Positions 18,605-29,316 of a DNA stretch of 64,000 nucleotides are shown here, piece after piece. A program made the position numbers and the translations under genes. Numbering within the stretch: the first letter of the stretch is position 1; the number at the start of each line of letters is the position of its first letter. This DNA comes from Candidatus Entotheonellaceae bacterium (GTDB lineage Bacteria > Tectomicrobia > Entotheonellia > Entotheonellales > Entotheonellaceae), in assembly GCA_965238075.1 (NCBI GenBank), contig OZ250173.1:2560001-2624000 (forward strand), read 5' to 3'. The notes beneath the pieces are model-generated. The model worked only from the letters and a program-made list of their open reading frames with translations, did no database searches and was not told the origin of the DNA.

Positions 18605-21046
18605 ATGGCCCTCAAAAAGTCCCAACTGTACGCCTCGCTCTGGCAGAGTTGTGACGAGCTTCGCGGTGGCATGGATGCTTCGCAGTACAAGGATTACGTT
18701 CTGACCCTGCTGTTCATGAAGTACGTGTCGGACAAATACGCCGGCAGGCCGGACGCGCTCATCGACGTGCCCGATGGCGGCGGCTTTGCCGACATGGTGC
18801 GGCTCAAGGGCGACAAGGAGATTGGCGACAAGATCAACAAGATCATCGCTCGGCTCGCCGAGGCCAATGACCTCAAGGGTGTCATCGACCAAGCCGACTT
18901 CAACGACGCGGGCAAGCTCGGCGCCGGCAAGGAGATGCAGGACCGGCTCTCCAGGCTGGTGGCCATTTTCGACGGTCTTGACTTCCGTGCCAACCGTGCC
19001 GAGGGGGACGACCTGCTCGGCGACGCCTACGAATACCTGATGCGCCACTTCGCCACCGAGTCGGGCAAGAGCAAGGGACAGTTCTACACCCCGGCCGAAG
19101 TGTCGCGCATCATGGCCAAAGTGATCGGCATCGGCGTCGACACCCGCCAGGACCAGACGATCTACGACCCCACCTGCGGCTCCGGCTCGCTGCTCCTCAA
19201 GGCCGCCGACGAGGCGCCGCACGGCATTACCGTCTACGGGCAGGAGATGGACAACGCCACCTGGGCGCTGGCGCGGATGAACATGATCCTGCACGGTCAC
19301 CCGACCGCCGAGTTGTGGCGCAGCAACACGCTGGCCGACCCCTATTTCAAGAACCCTGACGGCGGTCTCAAGACCTTCGACTTCGCCGTTGCCAATCCCC
19401 CTTTCTCAGCCAAGGCGTGGTCCAGCGGTCTCGATCCGGCCCACGACGAATTCGGCCGTTTCGAGTTCGGCATCCCGCCGGTCAAGAACGGCGATTATGC
19501 CTTTCTCCTGCACCTCATCACGTCGCTCAAGAGCAAGGGCAAGGGTGCCATCATTCTGCCTCACGGCGTGCTGTTTCGCGGCAACAAAGAGGCTGATATC
19601 CGCCGGATGCTCATACGGCGCGGCCTGATCAAGGGCATCATCGGCCTGCCCGCCAATCTCTTCTATGGCACCGGCATCCCAGCCTGCATCCTGGTCGTCG
19701 ACAAAGAGTACGCCCACGCTCGCAGCGGTATCTTCATGATCGACGCGAGCAAGGGTTTCCTCAAGGACGGCAACAAGAATCGCCTGCGCGCCCAGGACAT
19801 CCACCGGATCGTCGACGTGTTTACCAAGCAGGCCGAGGTGCCGCGTTATTCCCGCATGGTGCCGCTGGCCGAGATCGCCAGCCCCGCCAACGACTACAAC
19901 CTCAACATCCCGCGCTACATCGACGCCAGCGAGCCGGAGGACCTGCACGACCTCGACGCCCACCTGAATGGCGGTATCCCCAACCGAGACATTGACGACT
20001 TAAGCCCTTACTGGTCCGTCTTTCCCTCCCTGCGCCAGGTGTTGTTCGCAGACAACGGGCGAACGGGTTACAGCGAGGCCCGGGTCGAGACGCAGCAGGT
20101 GAAAGCCGCCATCCTCGGCCACGACGAGTTCGAGCCCTACCGGGAGCAGGTCGCGGCCATCCTCGACGGCTGGCGTGAGAGTCATGAACCGCTTCTCAAG
20201 AGAATTGAGTCCGACGCGAACCCCAAGGACGTCATCCACACCCTGTCGGAAGACCTGCTCGCGCGTTTCGCTGCCCTGCCGCTGCTTGACCCTTATGACG
20301 TCTACCAGCGGCTGTTGGATTACTGGGACGAGACGATGCAGGATGACGTCTACCTCATCGTCGCCGATGGTTGGGTGGAGGCGGCCAAGCCGCGTGGCAT
20401 CATCGAGGATAAGGAAAGGAAACTCAAAGAGACGCCGGACCTGACCATCGGACGTAAGAAGTACAAGATGGATCTGATTCCCCCGGCCTTCGTTGTTGCG
20501 CGGTATTCTGCTGCCGAGCAGGCCACCCTTGAGCAATTCCAGGCCGAGCAGGACACAGCCGCCCGCGAGTTGGAGGCGTTCGTTGAGGAGTGCACCGGCG
20601 AGGAAGGTCTGCTGACGGACGCGGTCAACGATAAGGGCAAGGTGACCAGGGCGGGCGTGAAGGACCGGCTCAAGACCATTCAGCACGAGCCGGAGAGTGG
20701 CGAGGAACAGGCTGCTCTCCAGCGCTGCCTTGCCCTGATCGAGGCTGAATCCAGTACGGGCAAGGCCGTCAAGGACGTCCAGACCAAGCTGGATCAACGG
20801 GTGCTGGCCCGCTACGCGATGCTCACCGAGACCGAGATCAAGACGCTGGTAGTCGAGGACAAATGGCTCGCTACTATTCGGGAGGCTGTCGAAGGTGAAA
20901 TGCAGCGGTTGACCCAGCAGCTTGCCGGGCGCGTGAAAGAGTTGGAGGAGCGCTACGCACAGCCGTTGCCGGAGTTGGAGCAGGAGGTGGAAGCGTTCGG
21001 TGCCAAGGTCGAGGGGCACTTGAAGCGGATGGGATTGTCGTTATAA
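18605..21046 (+). CDS. hsdM: Type I RM methyltransferase subunit
   Basis: GQFYTP, YDPTCGSGSLL, NPPF (m6A), LPHGVLFRG. Confidence 0.96.
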   Translation: MALKKSQLYASLWQSCDELRGGMDASQYKDYVLTLLFMKYVSDKYAGRPDALIDVPDGGGFADMVRLKGDKEIGDKINKIIARLAEANDLKGVIDQADFNDAGKLGAGKEMQDRLSRLVAIFDGLDFRANRAEGDDLLGDAYEYLMRHFATESGKSKGQFYTPAEVSRIMAKVIGIGVDTRQDQTIYDPTCGSGSLLLKAADEAPHGITVYGQEMDNATWALARMNMILHGHPTAELWRSNTLADPYFKNPDGGLKTFDFAVANPPFSAKAWSSGLDPAHDEFGRFEFGIPPVKNGDYAFLLHLITSLKSKGKGAIILPHGVLFRGNKEADIRRMLIRRGLIKGIIGLPANLFYGTGIPACILVVDKEYAHARSGIFMIDASKGFLKDGNKNRLRAQDIHRIVDVFTKQAEVPRYSRMVPLAEIASPANDYNLNIPRYIDASEPEDLHDLDAHLNGGIPNRDIDDLSPYWSVFPSLRQVLFADNGRTGYSEARVETQQVKAAILGHDEFEPYREQVAAILDGWRESHEPLLKRIESDANPKDVIHTLSEDLLARFAALPLLDPYDVYQRLLDYWDETMQDDVYLIVADGWVEAAKPRGIIEDKERKLKETPDLTIGRKKYKMDLIPPAFVVARYSAAEQATLEQFQAEQDTAARELEAFVEECTGEEGLLTDAVNDKGKVTRAGVKDRLKTIQHEPESGEEQAALQRCLALIEAESSTGKAVKDVQTKLDQRVLARYAMLTETEIKTLVVEDKWLATIREAVEGEMQRLTQQLAGRVKELEERYAQPLPELEQEVEAFGAKVEGHLKRMGLSL

Positions 21047-21120
21047 GGCAGGTATTCGTACCACTGCATTGAGGATCCGGAAGCGTGGTTCTGGCCACCT
21101 TCAACCCAAGGAGAAGCATC

Positions 21121-21396
21121 ATGTCCGTATCAAAACCTCTGTACAGCAAAGAGGAGTTCGCTCGCCGCGGTGATGAGATTTACGACCGCGAGATAAGCCC
21201 TCATGTCGGCCCTGACGACGAAGGTAAATTCGTGGTCATCGACATTGAGACGGGAGCTTATGAGATTGATCAGGACGAACTGGCAGCATCCGACCGGCTT
21301 CTTGCCCGCAGACTCGATGCACAAATGTGGACAAGGCAGGTTGGATCCCGGTATGCCCGCCGCTTTGGCCCGCGCTACAGGGCGAGTGGTGCATGA
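21121..21396 (+). CDS. Small protein (DUF5678-like), partner of the downstream protease
   Basis: RRGDEIY...GKFVVIDIETGAYEID; RBS AAGGAG; ATGA overlap with the next gene. Confidence 0.7.
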   Translation: MSVSKPLYSKEEFARRGDEIYDREISPHVGPDDEGKFVVIDIETGAYEIDQDELAASDRLLARRLDAQMWTRQVGSRYARRFGPRYRASGA

Positions 21397-21764
21397 TAAC
21401 CGGCCACGTTACTGCGTACCGAGAGGCCGTCATACCTCTGAATGTGGATGGACCTAGAAACCGGGGGCGAGAGATCAATGCGGTTGTCGATACAGGTTTC
21501 AACGGTTTCCTGACGCTTCCTGCATCCCTCATTCAAGAGCTGGGCCTTGTCTGGCGTCGGCGAGGACGGGCTACGCTGGCCGACGGCAGTGACAGCGTCT
21601 TCGATATCTACGAGGCCACCGTCATATGGGATGGAAGACCGCGACGGATTGCTGTGGACGAGGCTGACTGTGATCCTCTTGTCGGCATGTCGTTGCTTTA
21701 CGGCTGTGAGTTGATCGTTCAAATCGTAGATGGAGGCCGTGTGTCCATATGTCCTCTGCCATAG
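21393..21764 (+). CDS. Clan AA (retropepsin-like) aspartic protease
   Basis: AVVDTGFNG catalytic motif, LADGS, PLVGMSLL. Confidence 0.88.
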   Translation: MITGHVTAYREAVIPLNVDGPRNRGREINAVVDTGFNGFLTLPASLIQELGLVWRRRGRATLADGSDSVFDIYEATVIWDGRPRRIAVDEADCDPLVGMSLLYGCELIVQIVDGGRVSICPLP

Positions 21765-21829
21765 CTAAAGTGTAGGAGGGAATTTGGAAATCGGGGAGGC
21801 GCAGACGGGTGAATAGCGGGCATGGGACA

Positions 21830-23068
21830 ATGGATAGCGTCCTTGGAGATGGACGCCGTGCGCTATCGGAAGAGGTGCCGGTGGGTTGCAAGCGGACTGA
21901 GGTGGGGGTGATTCCCGAGGAATGGAACACACATCCTCTTCGTGACGACATATCATTGCTCTCAGGTCATCATGTTCTAGCCCATAACTGCAATATCCGT
22001 GGGGACGGAACTCCTTACGTGACTGGACCAGCCGATTTTCCAGATGGTCGGATCAAGCAGACAAAATTTACGACTAAACCGACGACGATCTGTAGAGCAG
22101 GGGACATTCTTGTTACGGTGAAAGGATCAGGCTCCGGCACGTTAGTCGAGGCTGATACGGAATACTGCATCAGCCGGCAACTCATGGCTATTCGCACAAC
22201 TGCGTGGAATCCAACATTCCTGCTGTATTCGCTTCTTCAGAACGCCTCGCGCATCAAAGCGGCTTCTACAGGTTTGATTCCGGGGCTCTCTCGATCAGAC
22301 ATATTGGATCAGACGATCCCTCTGCCTAATGACACCGCCGAGCAACGCGCCATCACCGAGGCGTTGTCGGATGTGGATAAATTGCTCGGGTCGTTGGAGG
22401 CGCTGATCGCCAAGAAGCGGACTATCAAGCAGGCCGCGATGCAGCAACTCCTTACCGGCAAGACCCGTCTGCCGGGGTTCGGTGGGGCGTGGGAGACGAA
22501 ACAGCTTGAGCACCTTGTCGATTGTCTCGATCACGTTCGCATACCCTTGAACGAAGCACAGCGATCAAACATGCCGGGTCCCTATCCATATTGTGGCGCC
22601 AACGGAGTCCTTGATTACGTGAACAATTTTATTCTTGACGATGACGTGATTCTGATTGCTGAGGATGGTGGATACTTTGACGAATATGCTCACCGGCCAA
22701 TAGCGTATCGTATGTCAGGAAAGATATGGGTGAACAACCACGCACATATCCTCAAAGCCAAGCGTGGTTACAGTCAGGGATTCCTGTATTTCTCGCTAGC
22801 GCATAAGAACGTCCTTCCTTATCTGGCCAGCGGGACTCGTGCGAAACTTAACAAGTCTGAGTTGAACAGGATTGAGATCTACCTCCCACTCCAAAATGGT
22901 GAACAGCGCGCCATAGCCACCGTCCTCTCTGACATGGATTCCGAAATCGTCTCACTGGAGCGGCGCCGGGACAAGACTCGCGCCATCAAACAGGGCATGA
23001 TGCAGCAACTCCTCACCGGCCGGGTTCGGTTGGTGAGCGATCAGGAAGTAAATGACTATGGCCCATAA
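21830..23068 (+). CDS. hsdS: Type I RM specificity subunit
   Basis: TEVGVIPEEW, two TRDs, repeated EQRAI..LSD.D / KQ.MQQLLTG; start uncertain (21809 or 21830). Confidence 0.94.
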   Translation: MDSVLGDGRRALSEEVPVGCKRTEVGVIPEEWNTHPLRDDISLLSGHHVLAHNCNIRGDGTPYVTGPADFPDGRIKQTKFTTKPTTICRAGDILVTVKGSGSGTLVEADTEYCISRQLMAIRTTAWNPTFLLYSLLQNASRIKAASTGLIPGLSRSDILDQTIPLPNDTAEQRAITEALSDVDKLLGSLEALIAKKRTIKQAAMQQLLTGKTRLPGFGGAWETKQLEHLVDCLDHVRIPLNEAQRSNMPGPYPYCGANGVLDYVNNFILDDDVILIAEDGGYFDEYAHRPIAYRMSGKIWVNNHAHILKAKRGYSQGFLYFSLAHKNVLPYLASGTRAKLNKSELNRIEIYLPLQNGEQRAIATVLSDMDSEIVSLERRRDKTRAIKQGMMQQLLTGRVRLVSDQEVNDYGP

Positions 23069-24950
23069 TCGTTACCCAAAAGATATAGTGCTGACGGTGG
23101 AGGACTTTGCCGAATGTGGCTGGAAGGAGGTATTGGCGGGCACGGATCGTGAGGACTTTCTTGAAGACTATCCCTTTAGACAGCACGCTTTCTCTGATGC
23201 CGCGAAGCAAGCCCTCAGCGAAGGTCGTCAAGCGTACGGCAAGGCGCTGGAACTGCTAGCCGATGCCTGTTCGATGATGCTCTCGCCCGACAGTGTCAAC
23301 GAGCCTTTTAAGCCCGTTGCAGATTTTCGTCCTAGTGGCGGTGGGTGCTCAACTATCCCGGACAACTTCCCTGAAGCCGACATCGCCTTCTTCGCGCAGA
23401 TCGTCGATTTAATTGACGATCCGTGGCTGAAAGCTCGCCTGGCCGATGTTGTGTGGCTCAGGCAAAAACCGCGGAAAGTGAGCTTCGCGACTGAAGCAAT
23501 AGATGCTTATCGATTGGTCCCGCTGGACGAGAAAATTTGGAGACATGGTGCGAGGGATTGCTGGGAGCGCGCCATTAGGTTGGCGCGTACGCTGAGAGGA
23601 GGGGCCGGTGATCGTTTGAAGGACATGGAGACAAAAATCATTGAGTCCTTCCATGCCGCCACTCAAGAGGAGAAGATACTTGCTCTTGATTTGGCAGACT
23701 TGCTCAAGGACACCAAACTCGGGCAAAGTCATGCGATGGATCTGGCACAGGGACTTAAATCTATAGCCGCTGCAGTTGATGGCAAATGGCGGCCCTGCGA
23801 TGTGCGTGATTTATTTGAAGCCGCGTCTGATTGGTGCATGGCGGCCAACGTCCACACAGAATCAGCAGTAAGTAAGGTCAAATTGGCCGAAAGCTTGGAA
23901 AGAGAGGCTACCGTCAGAACTTCGCTTGGGCAACATATAGTGGCTGCGCGTCTTTATGAAGAAGCCATTCAGACCTACCGTACCATTCCACGGTCAGAGC
24001 GAGCAAAACATCGGAGAGACAAGCGAATTGACGAGCTACGGGTACGTCTCAACGAATCCAGAAAGAAATCGTTGGATGAGATGAACCTCATTGAGACTCC
24101 TAGGGTGAATATCGGTCAACTTGTCGAAGATGTTCGCAATACAGTAGGGAATAAAGAGCCAAGCGAGGCATTGAAGGAATTTGTCAACCTTTATTCTGGC
24201 GCAAACGCCAAAGAACTGCGTGAAAAGGCAACAGAGCTATTGCAAACGCACCCATTCCACGCCTTGTCTTCCGAAACGGTTATGAGCCGTGACGGGCGCG
24301 TCATCGCCAAACGGCCAGGAATGAGCCCCAGCGACACACCCTCTGAGGCCGAGGCCGATGAAATACGCATCCGCTCCGAGATGATCCGCAATTACAGCCT
24401 TCACGTCGATCTTGTCGTCCAAGGGCTCATCCTGCCCGCACAAGAGATTCTCCTTCTGGAACATCGCTTGCGGGAATCCGAATTCATTCATCTCGCCAAG
24501 CAGTCTCCTATCGTGCCTATAGGGCGGGAACTACTCTTCGGCAAAGCATTGTTCGCAGGTTATGACCGCGATTTTGTCACGGCTCTCCATATTCTGGTGC
24601 CGCAGATTGAGCACATGGTGCGCTTTCACCTGAAACAGGCGAAAGTGAAAACCACGAACCTGGACAGCAACGGGATAGAGACCGAGAATAGTCTGAATTC
24701 TCTTATGGACCTTCCAGAAACCGAAAAGATATTCGGCGAGAACCCCAGTTTCGAATTTAGAGCGCTCTTCTGCGACTCCTTTGGACCGAATCTCCGGAAT
24801 GAACTCGCACACGGTCTGCTTGATGATGAGGCGTGCCAGTCCGTCTACGCGATCTATGCGTGGTGGCTTGGGTTGAAGTTGGTCTTCAACACCTTCTGGA
24901 ATGCCGCGCGTCGGAACGCCGAAAAGAGTGGCCAAAGGGAAGAGACATGA
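23052..24950 (+). CDS. DUF4209-like protein with C-terminal HEPN-type RxxxxH motif
   Basis: LVPQIEHMVR...GPNLRNELAHGLL; overlaps hsdS and hsdR. Confidence 0.78.
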   Translation: MTMAHNRYPKDIVLTVEDFAECGWKEVLAGTDREDFLEDYPFRQHAFSDAAKQALSEGRQAYGKALELLADACSMMLSPDSVNEPFKPVADFRPSGGGCSTIPDNFPEADIAFFAQIVDLIDDPWLKARLADVVWLRQKPRKVSFATEAIDAYRLVPLDEKIWRHGARDCWERAIRLARTLRGGAGDRLKDMETKIIESFHAATQEEKILALDLADLLKDTKLGQSHAMDLAQGLKSIAAAVDGKWRPCDVRDLFEAASDWCMAANVHTESAVSKVKLAESLEREATVRTSLGQHIVAARLYEEAIQTYRTIPRSERAKHRRDKRIDELRVRLNESRKKSLDEMNLIETPRVNIGQLVEDVRNTVGNKEPSEALKEFVNLYSGANAKELREKATELLQTHPFHALSSETVMSRDGRVIAKRPGMSPSDTPSEAEADEIRIRSEMIRNYSLHVDLVVQGLILPAQEILLLEHRLRESEFIHLAKQSPIVPIGRELLFGKALFAGYDRDFVTALHILVPQIEHMVRFHLKQAKVKTTNLDSNGIETENSLNSLMDLPETEKIFGENPSFEFRALFCDSFGPNLRNELAHGLLDDEACQSVYAIYAWWLGLKLVFNTFWNAARRNAEKSGQREET

Positions 24951-27900
24951 GCACGGTCGGCGAATGGGAAATCCTCACCCAGCAACGTGTTGTTGCGTTC
25001 TTCCGCGAGGCACTCGGCTACGACTATCTCGGCCACTGGAAGGATCGCGAGGGCAACAGCAACATCGACAAAATGTTGCTGACCGGCTGGTTGTCCCGCC
25101 AGGGCTACAGCGACAAGATCATCACCAAGGTGCTGTTTGAACTCGGTAAGGCCGCGGCACCCGGCGGCAGCAAGACCCTCTACGACGCCAATCGCGAGGT
25201 CTATGGCCTGCTCCGCTACGGCGTGAAGGTGCAGCCGGACGTGGGCGATCAGAACGTGACTGTCTGGCTGATCGACTGGGCGAACCCCGACAATAACGAC
25301 TTCGCCCTTGCCGAAGAGGTGACGGTTGCCGAGCAGAATACCAAGCGGCCCGACCTCGTGCTCTACGTCAACGGCCTCGCCCTGGGCGTGCTGGAGTTGA
25401 AGCGTTCTACGGTATCGGTGAGCGAGGGTATCCGCCAGAATCTCGACAACCAGAAGAAGACGTTCATCGAGCCGTTCTTCACCACGGTGCAACTCGTGAT
25501 GGCGGGTAACGACACCGAGGGGCTGCGCTACGGCGTGATTGAAACGCCGGAGAAGTACTGGTTGCGTTGGAAGGAAGCCGAAGCCCACCCAGCCGCGGGG
25601 GACAATCCCCTGCTGCGGGAACTGGGCCAACTGTGCGGCAAGGAGCGGCTGCTGGAGATCGTGCACGATTTCGTCGTTTACGACGCCGGCGTCAAGAAGA
25701 TTTGCCGCCATAACCAGTACTTCGGCGTGCGGGCGGCACAAGCGTGTGTGCAGCGCCACGAAGGCGGCATCATCTGGCACACCCAGGGAAGCGGCAAGAG
25801 CCTGAGCATGGTCTGGCTGGCGAAGTGGGTTCGCGAGCACGTGGCCGACGGGCGGGTGCTGATCGTCACCGACCGGACCGAACTGGACGAGCAAATCGAA
25901 AAGGTCTTCAAGGGCGTCAGCGAGGATATCCACCGCACCGGCAGCGGCGCCGATCTGGTGCAAGCGTTGAACACCGGCGAGGAATGGCTGATCTGTTCGC
26001 TGATCCACAAATTCGATGCCTCGGAAGAGATAAGTGAAAAGGATATCGAAACCTACATCGAGGAAATCAGGAATGGCCTGCCCAAGGGGTTCTACGCCAA
26101 GGGCGAAGTCTTCGTCTTCGTGGACGAATGCCACCGCACGCAATCCGGCAAGCTCCATGATGCGATGAAAACGCTGTTGCCGCGGGCGACGCTGGTCGGT
26201 TTCACTGGAACGCCACTCCTCAAGGATGACAAGCGTCGGAGCATTGAGACCTTTGGGCCGTACATCCACACCTACAAGTACGACGAGGCGGTGGATGACG
26301 GGGTGGTGCTGGATCTGCGCTACGAGGCACGTGATATTGACCAGAACCTGACCTCACCGGCCAAGGTCGACCAGTGGTTCGAGCTCAAGACCCAAGGACT
26401 GACCGACGTAGCAAAGGCCCAACTCAAGCAACGGTGGGGCACGCTGCGCAGCGTGCTGAGTGCACGGGACCGGCTGGAAAAGATCGTCGCTGACATCATG
26501 ATGGACATGGCGAGGCGCGACCGCCTCAAGAGCGGCCACGGCAACGCGATGCTGGTTTCCGACAGCATCTACTCGGCGTGCCGCTTCTTCGAGATGTTTC
26601 AGCAGACTGATCTGGCGGGCAAATGCGCCATCGTGACTTCTTACAAGCCCTCCCCGGCGAGCATCAAGGGGGAAGGGGGAAGCGAGGGGCTGACCGAAAG
26701 GCTGCGCCAGTACGACATCTACCGAAGAATGCTTGCGGCGCACTTCGACGAGCCGGAAGAATCGGCCATGCACAAGGTGGAGCGGTTCGAGCGGGAGGTC
26801 AAGAAACGCTTCATTGACGAACCGGGACAGATGAAGCTTCTGATCGTCGTGGACAAACTGCTGACAGGCTTTGACGCGCCGCCGGCGAGCTATCTGTACA
26901 TTGACAAGCCGATGCAAGACCACGGCCTGTTCCAGGCCATCTGCCGGGTCAATCGCCTCGACGGCGAGGACAAGGAATATGGGTATGTCATCGACTACAA
27001 AGACCTGTTCCGATCGTTGGAGCAGTCTGTCAAGGACTACACTGGCGAGGCTTTCGATGGCTACGACAAAGAGGACGTGGAGGGTTTGCTGAAGGACCGG
27101 CTGGCGCAGGGCCGGGAGCGGTTGGAGGAAGCGCGCGAGGCGGTAAAGGCGCTGTGCGAGCCGGTTGAGCCGCCGCGCGATACCGCTGCCTACCTGCGTT
27201 TCTTCTGCGCCGCCGAGAGCGGCAATGCCAGGCAGCTAAAGGCCAACGAACCGAAGCGCGTGACCCTCTATCGGTTGGCCGCTGCCTTCCTGCGAGCTTA
27301 TGCCAATTTGGCGAACGAGATGCGCCAGGCTGGCTATTCTGACGCCGAAGCGCAGCAGATTAAGGCCGAGGTGGACCACTATGAAAAGGTGCGCCAGGAG
27401 GTCAAGCTCGCCAGCGGCGATTACATCGACTTGAAAATGTATGAACCGGCCATGCGGCATCTGCTCGACACATACATTCGGGCCGAAGAGAGCGAGCCAC
27501 TCTCTGCTTTTGACGATATGACGCTGATACAGCTGATCGTTGAGCGTGGCGAAGCAGCGATCGATGCACTACCCGAGGGCATCCGCAAGAACCCCGAAGC
27601 GGTGGCCGAGACGATTGAGAACAACGTCCGGCGGCTCATCATCGACGAGATGGCGGTCAACCCCAAGTACTACGAGAAAATGTCGGCATTGCTGGACGCG
27701 TTGATCCGCCAACGCAAGCAGGAAGCCATGGACTACAAGGCCTACCTGGCCAAGATCGTCGAGTTGACCGGGACGGTCAGTAGGCCGGAGACCCAAACAT
27801 CCTATCCTACGAGTATCCGCAACGGCGCCCTGCGAGCACTTTACGACAATCTGGACGAGCCGGAAGTTTCGGTCGTGCGCGACCCCATGACGCAATATGG

Positions 27901-28099
27901 CGACACGCCGACTTCCGACCCCAAGGAAGAGCGGGCTCTTGCCCTGGATTATGCTATCCGTAGTGTGAAGAAAGCGGACTGGAGAGGAAACAGATTCAAA
28001 GAACGCGAGGTTCGTAACGCCGTCAAGTCAGTGCTCGGCGACGACGAGGGCTTGGTGAGTACGACATTCGAAATCGTGAAGGCACAGCGTGACTATTGA
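24947..28099 (+). CDS. hsdR: Type I RM restriction subunit
   Basis: RPDLVLYVNG..LELK nuclease; HTQGSGKS; DECHR; FTGTP; LLTGFDAP; QAICRVNR. Confidence 0.96.
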   Translation: MSTVGEWEILTQQRVVAFFREALGYDYLGHWKDREGNSNIDKMLLTGWLSRQGYSDKIITKVLFELGKAAAPGGSKTLYDANREVYGLLRYGVKVQPDVGDQNVTVWLIDWANPDNNDFALAEEVTVAEQNTKRPDLVLYVNGLALGVLELKRSTVSVSEGIRQNLDNQKKTFIEPFFTTVQLVMAGNDTEGLRYGVIETPEKYWLRWKEAEAHPAAGDNPLLRELGQLCGKERLLEIVHDFVVYDAGVKKICRHNQYFGVRAAQACVQRHEGGIIWHTQGSGKSLSMVWLAKWVREHVADGRVLIVTDRTELDEQIEKVFKGVSEDIHRTGSGADLVQALNTGEEWLICSLIHKFDASEEISEKDIETYIEEIRNGLPKGFYAKGEVFVFVDECHRTQSGKLHDAMKTLLPRATLVGFTGTPLLKDDKRRSIETFGPYIHTYKYDEAVDDGVVLDLRYEARDIDQNLTSPAKVDQWFELKTQGLTDVAKAQLKQRWGTLRSVLSARDRLEKIVADIMMDMARRDRLKSGHGNAMLVSDSIYSACRFFEMFQQTDLAGKCAIVTSYKPSPASIKGEGGSEGLTERLRQYDIYRRMLAAHFDEPEESAMHKVERFEREVKKRFIDEPGQMKLLIVVDKLLTGFDAPPASYLYIDKPMQDHGLFQAICRVNRLDGEDKEYGYVIDYKDLFRSLEQSVKDYTGEAFDGYDKEDVEGLLKDRLAQGRERLEEAREAVKALCEPVEPPRDTAAYLRFFCAAESGNARQLKANEPKRVTLYRLAAAFLRAYANLANEMRQAGYSDAEAQQIKAEVDHYEKVRQEVKLASGDYIDLKMYEPAMRHLLDTYIRAEESEPLSAFDDMTLIQLIVERGEAAIDALPEGIRKNPEAVAETIENNVRRLIIDEMAVNPKYYEKMSALLDALIRQRKQEAMDYKAYLAKIVELTGTVSRPETQTSYPTSIRNGALRALYDNLDEPEVSVVRDPMTQYGDTPTSDPKEERALALDYAIRSVKKADWRGNRFKEREVRNAVKSVLGDDEGLVSTTFEIVKAQRDY

Positions 28100-28820
28100 G
28101 GATAGAGGCCGCCAAATCGACGTGCGAGGTACAACCGTGGAGGTCGTCCACAGGGACATCAAGAACCTCCACGTGGGTGTCTATCCGCCGAGCGGTCGGG
28201 TGCGGGTGGCCGCGCCGTGGCGCCTTGATGAAGATGCCGTGCGTCTGGCCGTTATTTCACGCCTCGGATGGATTCGTCGTAAACAGGCCGGATTCCAGCA
28301 GCAGGCTCGCCAGTCTCAGCGGGAGTTCGTCACCGGCGAGAGTCATTACGTTGAAGGCCGGCGCTACCGGCTTGGCGTAACCGAACACGATGGCCCGCCA
28401 ACTGTTCGTCTGCTTAACAATACGACGTTAGCGTTAACCGTTCGTCCTGATACCAACCGCGACAAGCGGGAGGCTGTGCTTTACCGATGGTATCGCCACC
28501 GGCTCCGAAGCCGTCTGCCTGCGCTTCTTGCAAAATGGGAACTGAGGGTTGGAACGCGGGGTACTGAGGTGCGCATCAAGAAGATGAAAACCCACTGGGG
28601 AACGTGCAGCACGGATGCCCGCCGTATCTGGCTAAATCTCGAATTGGCGAAGAAACCGGTGTTGTGCCTTGAGTACATCCTGGTGCATGAGATGGTCCAC
28701 CTGATTGAGCGTAATCATACCGATCTGTTTCGACAATTGATGGACAGACTCATGCCGCAGTGGCGCGTTTATCGAGATGAGTTGAATCAGAGCCCACTGG
28801 CACATGAAGCTTGGCGTTGA
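28089..28820 (+). CDS. M48-like / YgjP (DUF45) metalloprotein
   Basis: MKTHWGTC, LEYILVHEMVHL.ERNH; typical position after hsdR. Confidence 0.88.
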   Translation: MTIEDRGRQIDVRGTTVEVVHRDIKNLHVGVYPPSGRVRVAAPWRLDEDAVRLAVISRLGWIRRKQAGFQQQARQSQREFVTGESHYVEGRRYRLGVTEHDGPPTVRLLNNTTLALTVRPDTNRDKREAVLYRWYRHRLRSRLPALLAKWELRVGTRGTEVRIKKMKTHWGTCSTDARRIWLNLELAKKPVLCLEYILVHEMVHLIERNHTDLFRQLMDRLMPQWRVYRDELNQSPLAHEAWR

Positions 28821-28830
28821 CCGGGGAAAA

Positions 28831-29067
28831 TCACAGGCCCTTCAACAGCGCCTCGCCTCGCGTAATGACGACTTTCTCTTCATGGCAGTCGTCCCCCGCT
28901 GCAGCCCGGGCCTCGCGCCGATTGAATTCCAATGCCTCTGGAAGCGTTTCGACAAAGCTCTGCCGCAGCTCCGCATGGATACGCTCCTGGCAATTCACGC
29001 CGGGAACCTCCTCAATCCAGCCGATCCACCATTCGCCGCTGCGTTTTACGACAGCCGTGTATTCCAT
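28831..29067 (-). CDS. HicB-like antitoxin (orphan, possibly decaying)
   Basis: YTAVVKRSGEWWIGWIEEVPGVNCQ. Confidence 0.7.
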   Translation of the reverse strand: MEYTAVVKRSGEWWIGWIEEVPGVNCQERIHAELRQSFVETLPEALEFNRREARAAAGDDCHEEKVVITRGEALLKGL

Positions 29068-29085
29068 CGTTCAGCTTTTCCAGTG

Positions 29086-29316
29086 TCAGTTGGCACTTGT
29101 GCCTGCCAAGAACTCATCGACGGTCAAGCCGGAAGCCCGAATAAGGCTCCTCAGCGTTCCCTTGGCGACTTCTCTGTGATTGGGCACCGAGAGAGTGGCC
29201 ATTTCACCTGCCTTTTCCAGGATGATATGACTGCCCCGTCGGCGCGCTACCCTCCAGCTAAAGCCGCGGAAGATACGTACAACATCTTCTCCGCTCAAGG
29301 AAGGCAGTATCGGCAT
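29086..29316 (-). CDS. hicA: HicA toxin
   Basis: RRRGSHIIL...LSVPNHREVAKGTLRSLIR. Confidence 0.9.
   Translation of the reverse strand: MPILPSLSGEDVVRIFRGFSWRVARRRGSHIILEKAGEMATLSVPNHREVAKGTLRSLIRASGLTVDEFLAGTSAN

Noticed and set aside
21830-23068. Phase-variable hsdS shufflon
   Set aside because: Single hsdS, no silent TRD copies, no invertase or flanking inverted repeats seen.
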